64,000 nt of DNA from Marsupella aquatica (lineage: Eukaryota > Plantae > Marchantiophyta), in contig OZ316898.1 in assembly GCA_973895155.1 (NCBI GenBank), positions 6,497,079 to 6,561,078 of the forward strand, in the 5' to 3' direction. Below the pieces are notes generated by a model that worked only from the letters and a program-made list of their open reading frames with translations, did no database searches and was not told the DNA's origin. Positions 14,495 to 28,782 of the stretch are shown piece by piece; position 1 is the stretch's first letter, and the number at the start of each line of letters is the position of its first letter. Made by a program: the position numbers and the translations under genes.

Positions 14495-16374
14495 TAATGC
14501 ATAGGATAATGACCCTATGGGCACAGGGTACTGGGCCCTAATTTTCTCACCAGAAAATGAAGAAAAGTTGACAAAAGTGACCAGAAAGGAAAATTTAGTT
14601 GACAAGTGTGACCAGAACGTAAAGAAAAGAAATCTGGTCATAGGATTAAGATTAAAACCCCAACCCACATCAACATTACAATCATGATTTTCTAGAAGAT
14701 AGATTATGGAAATAACAGGGACCTCAAGGAATGGTCACACACTGGGAACCTTTGTTCAACACTATATTTAAATATAGGATAATGAAGGTCTGGGGATAAG
14801 GTTACTATGCTATAACCATATGACCAGAAAGTGAAGAAAAGGTGACGGGCAGTAGCATGGTTCAACAAACAATTAACAATCATGGTTTTTCAGGCAAGAG
14901 ATTATGGAGATAGCATAGACCTCCAAAAATAGTTCTACATTGGTAACCTTTATTCTGTGCCAAATTTATGGGTAGGGTAACCCATGGCCCTAAGGTGATT
15001 ATGGGATGTAATTTCGAGGGTGGTGAGCCTGAACAGGTTGCAACCAGCACCCCCCCCCCCCACCTGGCCATGGGGTAAAGAGCATAATTCCCTAATATAC
15101 TTTTGCTCCATTTTGACCTGAAATTGCATCTGACATTGGATAGCCCTCAAGGGTGGGCTAGTCTCTAGACCAACCGTCTGGCCAGGCTGGCAGGGGGTTA
15201 TGGTGCCTAACAATCCATAGATATGTAAAGAAAAAACTACAGGAAAGGTTTACAGCAATGAGAACTACATCTGGCACTCTTCAAGTCCTATTGTCTAGAG
15301 TAAAAAAATCTAACATAGTTGGGGGTGACTGAGTAGTAAGTTAGTGTATATGGGTTAGTGTGACACAAGATGATCTAAGGTGGCCTTTCGTTGGTCCATG
15401 ACCACCTAGCAAACCCTCATTGGTTCTCTTGAAAACCTAGGCTTTTGTATCCCTGTCACCCTGGCTCCCATTGCAAACATCAGATCCACCTCCTCCAAAG
15501 CTTCCTTCCACTACACAACTTGCACCCAATGTAACTCACCCTGAACCCAGCTCTAATGCAGTTATGTGCAAACATTTTGGGTGCAGGTTTTGGAGTATAA
15601 GTTGGGGAAGAGTGTGGGCGACCGCAAACCTTAGATGCACTACTGGTTTTTAAAGCCTACAGATCTCTGAACTCCCAATGTCTTTCATTGGCAATGGGAG
15701 TTGGGGTGGTTGGGTGGAGGTATGGGGGATTAGGTGAATGAGGCTCTGCCAGGTGGCTACAGCCATATGATATATCATGTTAGGTTAACTTCCATAAAAT
15801 GGGGGTCGGGCTGCTAATTAAAATAGTTTTGAGGACAGGGCAGAAATTACTACCAGTGTAGTTTGGAGATGAGGTTAACTAGTAAGACACACTTGCTCAG
15901 GAAGAAATCATTTCAAGGCAAAAAACCAGAGAAATTGGTTGAGAATGCCTCAGGATGTCTTTCAGCCACCCCAGGTCCTAAAGTTATTTGTAAATGAACA
16001 ATGACTGGGTGACTTGACTTTTGCCTGCAGAACTTAAATACACGAGAATTTTTGAAAAGGTGAAATAGCAAAAACAAACTTCAGGATTGTCAAACCCTTA
16101 GTCACCGTATTTTCGTGTTGGCATCCAGAAACAACAATTGAGAAACATCAATCTACTAGCAGCAGGGCAAGGTCACATTAGGAGCAACAAGACGGCAAGA
16201 ACATGGATTGAGCAGCAGCTACAAAGCTTCAAATAGCAATGATGACCACAATGACACATAACATGTCTTAAAGCACCACAGCCCCCCCAAGCAAGCAAAA
16301 TCTGGTGGATCCAGGTTACTAAAAAAGAAACCAATGTACTCAAAATACTAAAAATGTGCTCTATTTTATCCTTC

Positions 16375-16712
16375 CTGGGCCTGGTGGACAGTGGTGGTTT
16401 AACATTTACTTGCCTCTATTATATTTATTTATGACCTGGTGGACAGTGGTAGTTAAACCACAACTATCCACCAGGTTAGGGAAGGACAAAATATAACATT
16501 TTGTTTTACTGTTTTGAGCCCATATTGGTTTATTTTAGTAATCTGGATTCATCAGGTTTTTGCTTGGGGGCTGTGGAGCTTTAACATTTCCTTGCCTAGG
16601 TTACATTTATATAGCATTGTCAAAAATTTCCAAAGTAAGTTGGACAATGTAAGCAGAGCAAATTTTATGACCTGGTGGACAGTGTGGTCTAACATTTCCT
16701 TGCCTAGGAAAA
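16375..16712. repeat. Degenerate dispersed short repeats (CCTGGTGGACAGTG x3; AACATTTMCTTGCCT x3)
   Basis: The motifs recur at about 16381, 16435 and 16671, and at about 16401, 16583 and 16691, just upstream of the hexosaminidase gene. Confidence 0.55.
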
Positions 16713-16968
16713 TTTATTTGTTTGTCTTGTGGCAACATCTTTTGTGAGAGGCACAAGCATTGGGATAGTGTTTCCATCGAACAGATAGATACTAGGCGAA
16801 CTTAGAAATCCCATCGGGGAAAACGTTTGGGAAGAGAATACCATCCGAGCTTATAGCTCTGGGAGTCGGAATTGGGACAGAGCTTCGAACATTGTCTTTA
16901 CTCTGTCTCTGAGTGCGCATTGAGCGAAGGGATTGAGGAGGAATTCAATTGAAGGCGCACTCCCGAAG

Positions 16969-19900
16969 ATGGAGAAAGCTTGGAAGACGATGGCGCTGTT
17001 CACGATTGCGGTAGGATTCATACTCGCAATCGCCTGCGGATCGAGGCTCCTAGATGGCTTACCGATGACCTCCATTGATGCTACGAAGTCCACCGAGTCG
17101 CCGTTGGAGGCGAAGCAAAGAGAAACAGTAGAGAGCTCTGCTTTGCCCGAGGGGTGGCACGAGGAACGTCTTCGTGTGCAGACGAATGGAACCTGGATTT
17201 GGCCTCTGCCTGCGGAATGGTCCAAAGGGACGACAACGCTGGTCGTCGATGCGCAGCTGGAGCTCGTGATGCACGGCAATGGAGGCAAGAGCGGCGGCAT
17301 TTTTGCTGAAGCTTTCGAGAGGTATAGCAAGCGCATGTACGCTCATCGGAGGGAGCACGACGTGCTGCGGAAAATACGAAGGCGGAAAGCGCCCGTAGGC
17401 CCTGCGCTGCAGAAGCTCATTGTCAATGTGCTTTCCACTGACGGAACGGTGAGCGTCCGGCCGGACCAGTGCGGTTTGGAGCTACATTTGAAGGACATGG
17501 CAATTCAATTCTGTTCAATGTAACTCATATTAGTGGAATGGATGTTAACTCAACTCAATTCTCCAAACAGTAAGCATGTAATGCCAGCAGTCATTGCACA
17601 GGCCTAATGTTGCATCGCAGATGCTGTTCACCATATTTTTACGCATCTTGCATGTATGCCATCTTACACTCTCCGTCCCTCGAGGATCCATGGACCTTCG
17701 ATTAAATTATTTCTCTGTCACCTCGTACCCTGCCTCCCTCGAGTCATTTGGAATATTGGAACTTCAAGTAAAATAGTTTCTCTGCCACCTCGTACGTTCC
17801 GTCCCTTCAGTCTTTTGGTGAGCCCTGTGCTTAAATCAACCTCAAATCTCAGCCTCCTCCATCCCCTGGGTCTTGGGGATCCGATATCATGAAAGGTAAC
17901 TCAATTCTCTGAATTTGCCAAGGCTCAGATGAATTCCCTTCAAACGAAATCATCTGGAGTGTGCGTTCAGAGCTATTGCAAGAACGATAGTCCTGTTGAG
18001 CGAACGAGCCCATGCACCAAAACCGTTCTGAACGGGCTAGCAACAGAAACGTCTTTTAAATATGGTAAACTGCCTTCTGAGTCATTTCTATGCTGTGACA
18101 CAGCTGAATTTGGGAACAGATGAGAGTTACACTCTCAGCGTACCTGCCCCTGGGACGCCAACAGAAGCAATCCTGGAGGTATGTACTCGTAAGTCGAAGG
18201 ACGCTAAATCGCAGGCATGATTTGTCTCTGGGAATCTTCCATCAGTGTCTATATGAATTCCTCCCTTCTATTCACGAACTCTGTTAGTGATATCCATTGC
18301 TTACAAGGGAATCAAATACGCATGACATTAGTGGTCTTCAATACCATCGTTGAGGGTGAACTTGACATTGGGAGGCTACCTAGAAAGCGAAAGTGATAAC
18401 TATTGGAATTCATTGGAAGCAAGCGTGTGGTCCAGTGAGTTTTACATTGTATGTTTGACGATCTCATTCTGCAGGCTGAAACTGTGTATGGTGCCTTACG
18501 GGGGTTAGAGGTATGACTGTCACAGCTTCTCCCTTTTTGGAGGTTGTTTATCTCTTTTCTTGTGGCAGTTAGAGTTGTTGTTTCGCACTCTGTTTTCTAA
18601 CTGCTGATACCAATCAGCTTTGTACTGCTATGGACTGTGATCAATGCATATTGCTTCATACACTGGCGTTGGCCGTGAGGGCTTAACTGCGTGTGAATGC
18701 TGACATATCTCTCTCCGACGAGTGGTTTGATCTCAGACTTTCAGTCAGCTCGTTCGGTTTAACTTCACAAATAAACAAAATGAGATAGTCGAAACACCGT
18801 GGGTGGTGAAAGATCAGCCCAGATTCAAATATAGAGGACTCCTTATTGGTATTTTCTTTATTGCTGTATCCCATATATTTGTCTTCCTCTGAATTTGATT
18901 TTGTTTATGATTGCAAGTGCTGGTTTACCATTTTTGATGCTGTAAAAATCTTACCTTGCCCATCGGTGGCTCTAAATACATTTCTCACAGGGGAGCAGAA
19001 ATTGCACTCAGCATTTTTTACACATCAATGAAAAGAATCTTGATGGGCTTGAAATTCTGGCTCAATACTGCACGATTCATTTGTGGTTTCGATCCCCCTG
19101 CCAATGAGAGTCTATTCTGATTTGAGTGCATGGAAATTCTCCCGTGCAGATACATCACGGCACTACTTACCAGTGGAGACAATTAGAAAACTTATCGATT
19201 CTATGTCATATGCTAAGCTTGTAAGCTCTACCCCTCAAATACAATGCTATGTTTGAGAGTTTGGGGGGCCTTTTTGGAGGCTGTCTGTAGCCTTTCCAGA
19301 GAGCTTGATCGTAATATTCAATTTTTTCTGAAGGTATGCCTAATGGTGATTAAATGCAACTTGTTATCACATGTTTGTCGCAGAATGTCCTCCACTGGCA
19401 CATTGTTGATAAGGAATCATTTCCCATAGAGATTCCTTCATATCCCGACTTGTGGAAGGGTGCATACAGCAATGAGGAGCGCTATACAATCGAAGATGCC
19501 CAAGATGTTGTCGAGTAAGAATCCTACAGAGATTTTGCTCTAGTTCAGGAAGTTCAGGGACACATGGTGATCAAAGACCATCAATTGTAATTTCACTATG
19601 TTATCTTGAATATTTGTTCTCTAATAAGCCCTGTATTTTATACTTATATCAGCTGTAGCCAATGAGGGTGAAGGTTGGAATGTACCCACAGACCAGGACA
19701 TATATTGAGATATTGCATTCAGAAACCTTGGTATGGTCGTGATGAGTCAAGTTGATCGATTAGTAATTGTGAGTATTGTTCGTGGTTTTTTGCAGGTATG
19801 CACGCAAACGAGGTCAGGGAGAACACTTACACGCTAACAGCATTTTTGAATTCAATTCTTGCATAAGTCAGCTGTGAAGTAAATTTCCGCATTGCAGATA

Positions 19901-22900
19901 TTGCATAGAAACAGTGCGGCGGACACAGTAACTCTTCATGTTATTTTTTCGCCCCCTTAAGCCATCAAGAATGGGCATGTATTCTTCCGTGTCATTATGT
20001 CGCTTCTCCATTTGGTTTCTGGTCCTGTGGCTCTACTCCATTGATATTCTACTGTTTTTGTATTTGTTTTTCGACCATGAGTCTACGGCGTTGTGCATTT
20101 AAATGCCATAATAAGACTGCGGAGAGATTTATGTATTGCGAAAATATGAAGTAAAAGTTAGGTTGCATCGCATGTTTTTGAGAGAGTGTGGGGTTGGTGA
20201 GCTGGCAGGAATAAATATCATGGCCGAGCTAGATGTTCCAGGCCATGCTGCTTCCTGGTATGTGCATTACTTTCCACTAGCTTCATCATACAATGGACAG
20301 ATGCAATGATCAGTAAAAACTAGTTTCTGTTATGTTTTTTTACTGATCAGAAGTTGAGACAAGACAAGTTACGGAAGGCAGGGGCGGGGGCCGGGGCATC
20401 ATGTTTGAATTGTGGGTGTTTAATAGTAAGCATTTTGTGTCAAGAGTAAGATTCACAATTTCTTAATTTCAGCATGCGAGGTTTTCAAAATTTTCCTTCA
20501 GGGGCAAAGGATATAGTGAGTTGTGGCCATCTGCAACATGTCAACAGCCGCTAGATGCGAGCAAGAACTTTACATTTGAAGTCATTGGCAGCATCTTGGC
20601 AGGTATATCCCGAGTCCATGATCTGAGAGCAACTATTCTCGAAGGTGTTGTGTACGGAAGCTCTTGACCCGGACTCCAGTCTCATTTGGTTAAAGTTCTG
20701 AAGGGCCACTTTAAAAGTATCACAGGAACTGTGATAGTATCCGGTCGTATATGCAAGTGAAAATAATCTATCAGTCAGGAGTTTTTAGAACTTTCCACGT
20801 CCGACCGATTTGTAGTTGGAGGTAATCAATAGGTTTCTCTGTCTTTGATCCAAGAAGTTGATTTTAAAATCTCCTTTAGTCGCGTATTGTACATGTCAAA
20901 ACTCCTTGGTTTCTCTGTTGATGCAAAGCTTTATCCTCTCCTGCATAGGATAAGCATAATCAATCCCATCCGAATCATCTTTTATATTCAATCTCATGAC
21001 TATCTACAGCTTCACGTTGAATGGATCATTTCAATATTTGGTGCGCACCATATTTAAATCAGTCAATTATCATCAGGGAGGATCTCCTAGCCACGTCAGT
21101 ATGCTGGCGTTTTAAGCAGGTCTGTCCTGCTTCCAAACCGGGTCTGGGAAGGACACTAACACTGTGCATCGGCTGTAACAGATCTCCGCAAAGTCTTCCC
21201 TTTTGATCTCGTTCATCTTGGTGGAGATGAAGTCGATACATGTAACGAACCCAGCTGACCCTATCTCCTCGTCGCTTCTTAGCTGCAGCTTACGGTCAAA
21301 TGATATAAAAATTACCATGACCAGTTTAGCATGTCAAGGCCCTCTAAAGTGAGTTAACATTGTTACTCGCCCTACGTCAGTTTCTCTTACTTTTGTGATC
21401 TTGTGAAAATTCCTTGCTGTGCAGCCTGCTGGGAGAACACGCCTCATATCAGTGAATGGTAAAGCTTCGTTCTCAAACTATCGTGAAATTTCAATCAAAG
21501 CCGATGCCTCTTTAAAGGATGATTCAGACTTGTTTACCCCGTAAAATTTGCGTTGAAATTGTACTTTTTAGACTTTGAGAATTAAGGAAGCCAAAACAGA
21601 ATTGAATAATTTTACAGGACGAATCACTTCAACATTGGAATCTTCCGATTTCGATGCTCACCAAACAAGGGACCAAAACTTCAAGTAGAAATTAAAAGTT
21701 TCAAAAGCTGAAGCTAGGAATCAGGACAACTTGAGAACCACACAAAACAAAGATAATTGCTTAAACAAGTATATCATGGCAGGGAATGATGTGAGCTTTT
21801 CAATCTCTTTACTTATCTCATTGTCGTGGATACCTTGCAGGCTTGCAGATCGCAAGCTCACTCCTCAGGAGGCCTACGCAGATTTTGTTTTACAAGCACA
21901 AACTCTAGCCCTCGACCTGAACTGGACTCCTGTCAACTGGTATGTTTTCTTCAGTCCTCGTTCTGAGATGCACTCTTTGATTTCATATTGCTTTCATCTG
22001 GCTTCATAAATTTATGCTTATTCGTGAATTTCCTGTTAAAGTGCATCATCCAGCTTGAAGTCCTTTCCGGGTCAAGGAGATCTAGGGGGAAGGTGCTTAA
22101 TGATGCCTGGCAAGGATGCAAAGCATTCGATAAAACTTAGCAAGAGAATTGGTGTTTGGAGTTAGGATTAAATACAGTGAACTTCTGGAGGTGATTCTAT
22201 GGAGCAAAGTTGTCATTTGACGAAGCAGGAACGAACCTAGAAAGGAAGGAAGATTTGTTGGATGTTTCGAAATAGTCCTGTTTACTACGTTAACGTCCTG
22301 TCTGGTTGCCTTGTCAGGGAAGAGCCCTTCAATATTTTTCCTGATCGTTTGGACCCTCGCACGGTCATCCATGAATGGTATGCAGTGTCCTAATTACTGT
22401 TTCTATCGTGGTCTTCTACTAGAGTTTGACTTCGGCAAAATACTCAGGTTTATAGCAAAGCTTCGTCTCCTTTTCGAGCACCTCATACTTACTACAATTT
22501 TTAAATAGGCAGTGATTAAAATTGATAGGGGCCTGTCGGAGAAGTTGCTCAATATTGTCGCACAAACTACAATAGCCGTTTTCCCAGCTACTGAAGGTGG
22601 AATCTTGCAGGTTGTCCAGTGATATTGTGCCAAGCATACTTGCGCACGGATTCCAAGTTATTGTGAGCAACCAAGATGTGTGGTATCTTGACCATGTAAA
22701 TGTACCTTGGGAGTCTTTCTATCTCAATGAACCACTGACCGGTGTCCTAGATATAGGCCGAGTAGAGCTTGTTTTAGGCGGGGAAGTTTGTATGTGGGGA
22801 GAAACAGCAGATCCATCAGATATTGAGGCAACCATCTGGCCACGAGCAGCAGCTGCAGCAGGTATGTAAAAGCCTTTGAAATCCTCTATACACCTCTTAT

Positions 22901-23221
22901 ACTCCAGAAAGACAAAGATCTTAAGAATCCAGCCTGTAGCTGACCTTCTAGTATAGTTGAAAACTCCAAACTGCCATTCTCTGCTGTCTTCGTTCTTATT
23001 TCGATTCAGGTGAGAACTGCTATATGAAATGTGACCACACTGTCGTTTACACAGAACGGCTGTGGAGCCCAGCAAGTACAACAAGCTCCACCCAGGCTGC
23101 ACGGCCCAGGATTCACAACTTCAGATGTTTACTAAATGAACGAGGAGTGGGTGCAGCTCCGGTTGAGAACAAGCTCGCAAGGGATGGACCTCCTTATCCA
23201 GGTTCTTGTTATGACCAATAA
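16969..23221 (+). CDS. Beta-hexosaminidase (GH20, HEXO1/HEXO3-like), about 15 exons including a 17-nt micro-exon near 19797
   Basis: N-terminal signal/TM segment. Spliced exons give IWPLP, GTDESYTL, AETVYGALRGLE|TFSQL, DQPRFKYRGLLI|DTSRHYLP, NVLHWHIVDKESFP, AELDVPGHAASW, catalytic HLGGDEV, WYLDH, LGGEVCMWGE, IWPRAAAAA|ERLWS, ending GSCYDQ*. Confidence 0.95.
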
Positions 23222-25701
23222 CGAGGTGCAGTTTCAGATGGAGCTAACAATCTCAGTTTGGAGAAAATCATGCAGAGACTGCTGGAACTACATTCTGATT
23301 GGTGTACAGCTTGAGACAAGTATCCGGGATTCCAACCTCCTCTAGACCTTGTAGATGAGATTGTAAGCAGTACTTGTAGCGGTTCATTTGCTCATTCCAA
23401 CAACATGTCTTATTGATAAACCGGGCCTGAACTAAGATTCTCAATCGAGATTTTCAGGTCTGAATAGGGCAGCCTCCTAAACTGGCTGATTTGTCCCGTC
23501 GTTTCTTTGGAGACTACTGATAACCCCAAACGGACGAGGACAAATCACCCAAGCTTGTAAATTCGTCTGATCTGTTTCGCTTCTAGTACCCTAGATTCCA
23601 CACCCCGTTGAACAGGACTGAGTTTCCATCGAAGTGATATAATTTTCTTTGTACATAATGTTTATTTTTAATGAAACTTGCTGGAGATTTGGCCTACCAT
23701 TTGTTGTGTATTTTTTTTCTGAATGGGGTGCATTTAAACTTTTGGTATGTCTAGTCTGTCTCGTCACTGGTGTGGGCTCCTTTTGCGGTGTCTTTCGATG
23801 AACATTTGACGTAACTGGTGATCGAAACAGCTCTTGCACTCGTAAACCGTTTCTGAGTGTTCTTCCCGGGGTTGATTTTCGTAGCCATTTGACTCCGTTT
23901 CGTGATCCACTTGCAATGAAGAGTGGAAACCTCATATGCAGTTGGGCGCCCAGCTCCTTCAAATTGAGTTGATTTCAAGCGCAGCCGGTGAAGACAGGTT
24001 CATGGAATATAATGAAGTCATCTTTTTGGAAGGTAACTTCCGAACCGTGTAGGCGATTATATTATAGCTTCATTCGCGGCAATAAAATCTTGAGTGGATG
24101 AGTGAGGAAGACTCTGCAACAGGACATGGTCACACAGTTATGAAGTCTGACAACCTTTGTTTTTATCATGTCACATCCAGTCACATATTGAGAACCATGA
24201 TTGCAGTCGAGCAGAGAAATCTCAACCTATTTCTCAAGGAATTGTCACATATCCTGTGGTTTTAACAAATACTCGTCTTGCAACAGCAGAATTGGAGAAT
24301 TGTTTCAGCAACAATGCCGCATTAGTCATCTTCTTATGAAGGGTCGACGCTTCGGCCGGAGTTCGAACAGTTACCCACCTGAAGTCGAGAATGTCATTCC
24401 AGAGTTGATCAAAATTCTCTTCTAGTCTTCACTCTGAGATCCGAAAAATCGAAACATTGAGGTGATGAAGGACTGCTCAAATGATAAGCACAGACACGGA
24501 ATACTCAGAGACAAAATCTCATTCATTTTGCATCAGGGGGCAATCTTTACCCCGGGAAAAATGGTTACAATCTCCCCGGAGACACTGCCTGCTCTCCTCA
24601 AGGTACGTCTTTCACCCAGTCATGACAGCTAAATTTCAGAACTGACTAGCACGACAGACCATCGCCACCCTGATGAAAACTCTACATGGTCAAAACAGTC
24701 GCAAAAAACTTCTTCTAATAATCCCCCCGCTTGAGACCAGACTGCGGTCGCCACTGTTCAATACTAAGTGTGCTCGTCAAGATCGAGAGGCAGTGCGTTC
24801 GTTGGGATAATAGTAGAAGGGATGGACCAGCCCCAACTAACTTCAACCAGATTTCTATATCCGCTTGGCGATCAGCTGTTTGGAGTGATCGTCTTCCATG
24901 TTTCTCCGGTCTCTCTGGTAAACATGCTCGTCGCCCCAATTCAGAACTGACATGCCAGTGAGCCGGCTCGATAATATCGACTCTGAAGTATGCTGAATTT
25001 GTATTTTCCCCACAGACCAAGGGGTTTCCTTCCCCTCCCTACATGACAAATTTCAAAAGTGTCCTTAGCGGTCTGTATCGAAAGAAGGAGGATTTGCTTC
25101 CTCAAAAAACACTCACGTTCAGTAGAGAGCCAACTCAACTTCGAGAGGCTCTGCTGAAAATTTGAGATAAATTCCAGATTGCAACGTCTCCAGCGCTTGG
25201 ACCTCCAAAGACATGCACAGATGGCAGTCCGATAAATCTATCACAAAATATGTAGCACCTCCAGAGTCCAGAAAGTGGTGCCGAAAATTTGAACTGCAGA
25301 TACTGTTGTGTCCGATTGTAGAAAACAGGACAAATTTGTACAGATGCCAACGAGATCGTTTTCCAGAAAACAAAATAGCCAAGACTTGCAGCTGTCGAAA
25401 AACCAAGCATGGTCGAGAGTGTCGTCAGATTCCAAACTATAAGCGTGAATGCAGTGAACTTCTACCACAATTGGTCCACGTAAAAAATTCACTAGTGCCT
25501 ACATGAGAGCATTCGTGTGAAAAAAGTGGGGAATGTTCACACTGATATCTACATGTGAATAAGGCCCCACCTTCCCAGCTTTCGATAGACGTGAGGTGTC
25601 CACAAACTCAACCAGATACCGAACTTGGACTTGGACGAGAGTGAATTTAGCTGTTGTGCCTCCGGAACTCGAAATGCATGAGGAAAGGGTTCAAACGTTC
25701 G

Positions 25702-26640
25702 CTAGCTCACGCAAATAGAAGCAATCTGCACTTTCAGAGACTTGGGACAAGTAATGCTCCGCCTCTTCCACAGAGGGTCTCCTGGTGGTGATATTGGGGA
25801 TACCAAGGCCGGCCGTACTGCGGAAGGAGGAAGGACAAGAGGAGCTGTAGATTTCAAGATGGGGATGCTGTCTGCTAGTAATCTCATCATCAGCTCTGCT
25901 TCCGCGTTCACATTGGGCTTAATCGACGACCTCTTCACATTACTAGGTCTCAAACCCTGTCTCGGACGGGCCTCCTTTCTGGGTGGTAAGGAGTAGTGAC
26001 TGTTCCCTTTCAAGGGGGCAGCCAGCGGCTGACATCGACCAGGTTGTCGAACCGAAATGTCGATAGGAGGGTTAGGAATCCTGACTGTCAAATTCTTCTC
26101 TATTTGGAACAGATGCCATTTGTCGACTCCAATCTCCTCTACTCCTATCTCCTCTGCTCGTTTCGGCCATAACTCATCTCCTTGCGCTTCGCCACCTGCC
26201 AAACCCCTCCCCTCAGCAGTTGTCTCCCCAGTTAACTCGATTTTCTGACCGTGACTATCCTTCGATGCATCACGAAGCGAAGGAGGGTCAGCTTCCTTGA
26301 TGTCGGGAGTTCTAACTCCGAAAGATAAAACTGGGCTGTTCCCAGCACTAGTGGTCTTTGATGCACTACACGGGGGGGAAGTTATAATGTGGTGGCCATT
26401 CTCCGAATTTACTGGTCCCAGAACAGCTCTTGGCATTCCTGGAAACAAGGCCCTCGGGGAAGCACCTCGGCAGAACCTTTGTTGTGGTGAAGGGGCCTTG
26501 AGAACGACAATGCTCTCACACGCCCGCTGCAAATTCCTGTTCAGGCAAGTCGCACAAAGAGAGCGGTTCGTCTCCTTGGCTGGCGATTTGCAGGTACCAC
26601 ATTCCTCAGTTAATATACGCCCCATAGTTGCTGCAGCCAT
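25702..26640 (-). CDS. Uncharacterised protein, large first coding exon; N-terminal C-x2-C-x11-C-x2-C motif then Pro/Ser-rich disordered region; further small exons likely toward about 24900
   Basis: 312-codon ATG-initiated ORF. A downstream candidate exon cag|LNSLSSKSKFGIWLSLWTPHVYRKLG|gt lies at about 25570-25650. No family recognised with confidence. Confidence 0.55.
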   Translation of the reverse strand: MAAATMGRILTEECGTCKSPAKETNRSLCATCLNRNLQRACESIVVLKAPSPQQRFCRGASPRALFPGMPRAVLGPVNSENGHHIITSPPCSASKTTSAGNSPVLSFGVRTPDIKEADPPSLRDASKDSHGQKIELTGETTAEGRGLAGGEAQGDELWPKRAEEIGVEEIGVDKWHLFQIEKNLTVRIPNPPIDISVRQPGRCQPLAAPLKGNSHYSLPPRKEARPRQGLRPSNVKRSSIKPNVNAEAELMMRLLADSIPILKSTAPLVLPPSAVRPALVSPISPPGDPLWKRRSITCPKSLKVQIASICVS

Positions 26641-28782
26641 TGCCTGTCTTCAGTCCCTCTCTCACTACTGACTAGTAATACCTTGACCACGTAATCGCCC
26701 GCCAAGGGAGTACTTTACAGCAAAACTTCCCGCAAACAAAAGTTGAGAAGCAGAACTTTCGAACCCTCTAGCAACCAAATCCGTGACCACCAGCAAAATT
26801 AGAGCTAAGCAATCAGCAGCTCGTTGATCCCACCGAACACATGTTCCTCGGAGCCGTACGGGAAACCCACAGGAAGAGGATTTCGCCCGCTATTAAATTG
26901 TTCGGCGACTCGCTCCTGCGCTCACTCCCTATTTGTCACGAAATCATGCAAAGCCTGCACCGAAATTCGAGATCTAGACACCGTCATGTGTTTTAACAAC
27001 TCATTCCAGAATACCTCGAGTTCTGAAGCCTCCAAGCGCTGCAGATTGTCTCCAATGCTTCCTCAGACAATGTGTCCTCACAGAACAAAGTAAACTCATG
27101 AACCGACCCTGAAGTTGTCTCCAATGCTTCACAAGACAATCAGTCGCTCCACAAAGGAGAAGTGTCGTCTAGCAGGTACAGCAACTGCGTGCTCCGAAAA
27201 GCAGAATCCGAGGCGCTGGCTCCTTGTGCTCCTTCCTTCTAATGCGAGCTGCTGCAGTAAATTCGGCACCGTGTCCACTGCAAGGATCAACCTCTCAAGG
27301 CCGCTCGGCTCTTGCCCCCTAGAATCAGTGACCAAAGGACACCTTCAAGAGACTTGCTCCAGGTTCCAGCGTACACTTTACCTCCTCACCCAAGTGTCAT
27401 GGGCAACAGGAGAATGCGCTGTTTAGCTCCGTTCCACCCCACCGCCTCGAAATGCGGCCGGAGATGAGGGGCACTACAGAGCTCTGAGCCGTGCAAAGCC
27501 TACGAGTGGCCTATGACTCTCTTCTGACGCGAAAAATCTGCTCATCAGAACAAATACTCCACGAGCCCGAGCCACAAGCCTCCACCGGAGGCCACAAGAG
27601 GCGCCTCTCTCGTAGCCGTAATGCGGCGCACAACTTGCGGAGTTCCACCTGCAACAGAAAAGTTAGCATAACAGCAATAGGTGACGAGAGCAGCAGGAGA
27701 GCGACCCGAATGACGAGCAGGAGACACCCAAATCGGCAAAACCCTCCTCCAAAATGCGGAGATCACTCCTGCGTTTACATCTCCATCGAAGTCGACAGAA
27801 TTTCTTCCCCCCAACCGCAACGCGGCAAATCTGGAGAGAGAAATCGTCCGAAAAAGCACTCGACAGTACACTGGCAGTGGTGGATCAGAGACAGTAGTAC
27901 AACTGTACCGGCAGTATGATTATTGATTATTGTTCACCTCGACCGCGGCCAGCCACCTCAAAACGAGTGCAACGAGTGATTCTGCTGATCACACTCATAA
28001 AAAAACACTGAATGATGAGAAGATGTCACCTCCTACACACACCACGTCATGACGCCAGCTGCCTCTCTATCCGTGCTCTTGCCTTATTTACTCTTGCACA
28101 AAATTCGAACGCCGACCAAAGCGCGCAATCGCTCGCTCATTCGCTCATCCTTTCACATCTCCCACGCCGCGAAGAGTTCAATTCGGCCTCGGAATTCGGA
28201 GCACGAGGCGAACGCGCTCTCTTATCGCTTCTTCTGACTGTACCAGACTACGAGAAGGGAGCCCATCACCCATCAATGCAAATGCTCTGTTCCTCAAATG
28301 CTCTGTTCTGCTCTGCTCTGTTCTGCTCTGTTCTGTTCCCGAGCTTTTTGGTGGATGTCGTGGAGTCCGACCAGAGCCCGAGATCTTTGTCCTTCTGTTA
28401 GCCTATTTCGAGACTAGGGTGTACCGTGATACCGTCCGAAATCCAGACCCACATCTCATTCTGTCCGTCCGTGGGGCCCTGTAGCAGCGTATTTCTAAGG
28501 TTTTTACTTTTTTGGCAAGAGTGGCGAATGTCAAGTGTGTGTGCCAAGAGAAGATGCTCAAAAGATTCATTATCTGTTTATTCTCCTGACGGTCAGATTT
28601 CCCTAGATTTAAGGATGACTGTTAGATTCTGCCTAATGGGGCCTGTTATTAGATGGGACACTGGCTAAGGAGAAAAAAATATACTAGCAAAATTTGGCCA
28701 AATGTGACCAAAGCTTTTTGGGGAGGTGGGATTTGGCCAATTTTTGCCACTAAAAAAATGCTGCCCTGGAGGCCAAATCCAG

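Noticed and set aside
26824-28401. Several 90-140 aa ORFs on both strands
   Set aside because: Most likely 5' UTR, intron and promoter of the 26640 gene, including a CTCTG/TTCTG microsatellite at about 28285-28338. No protein motifs.
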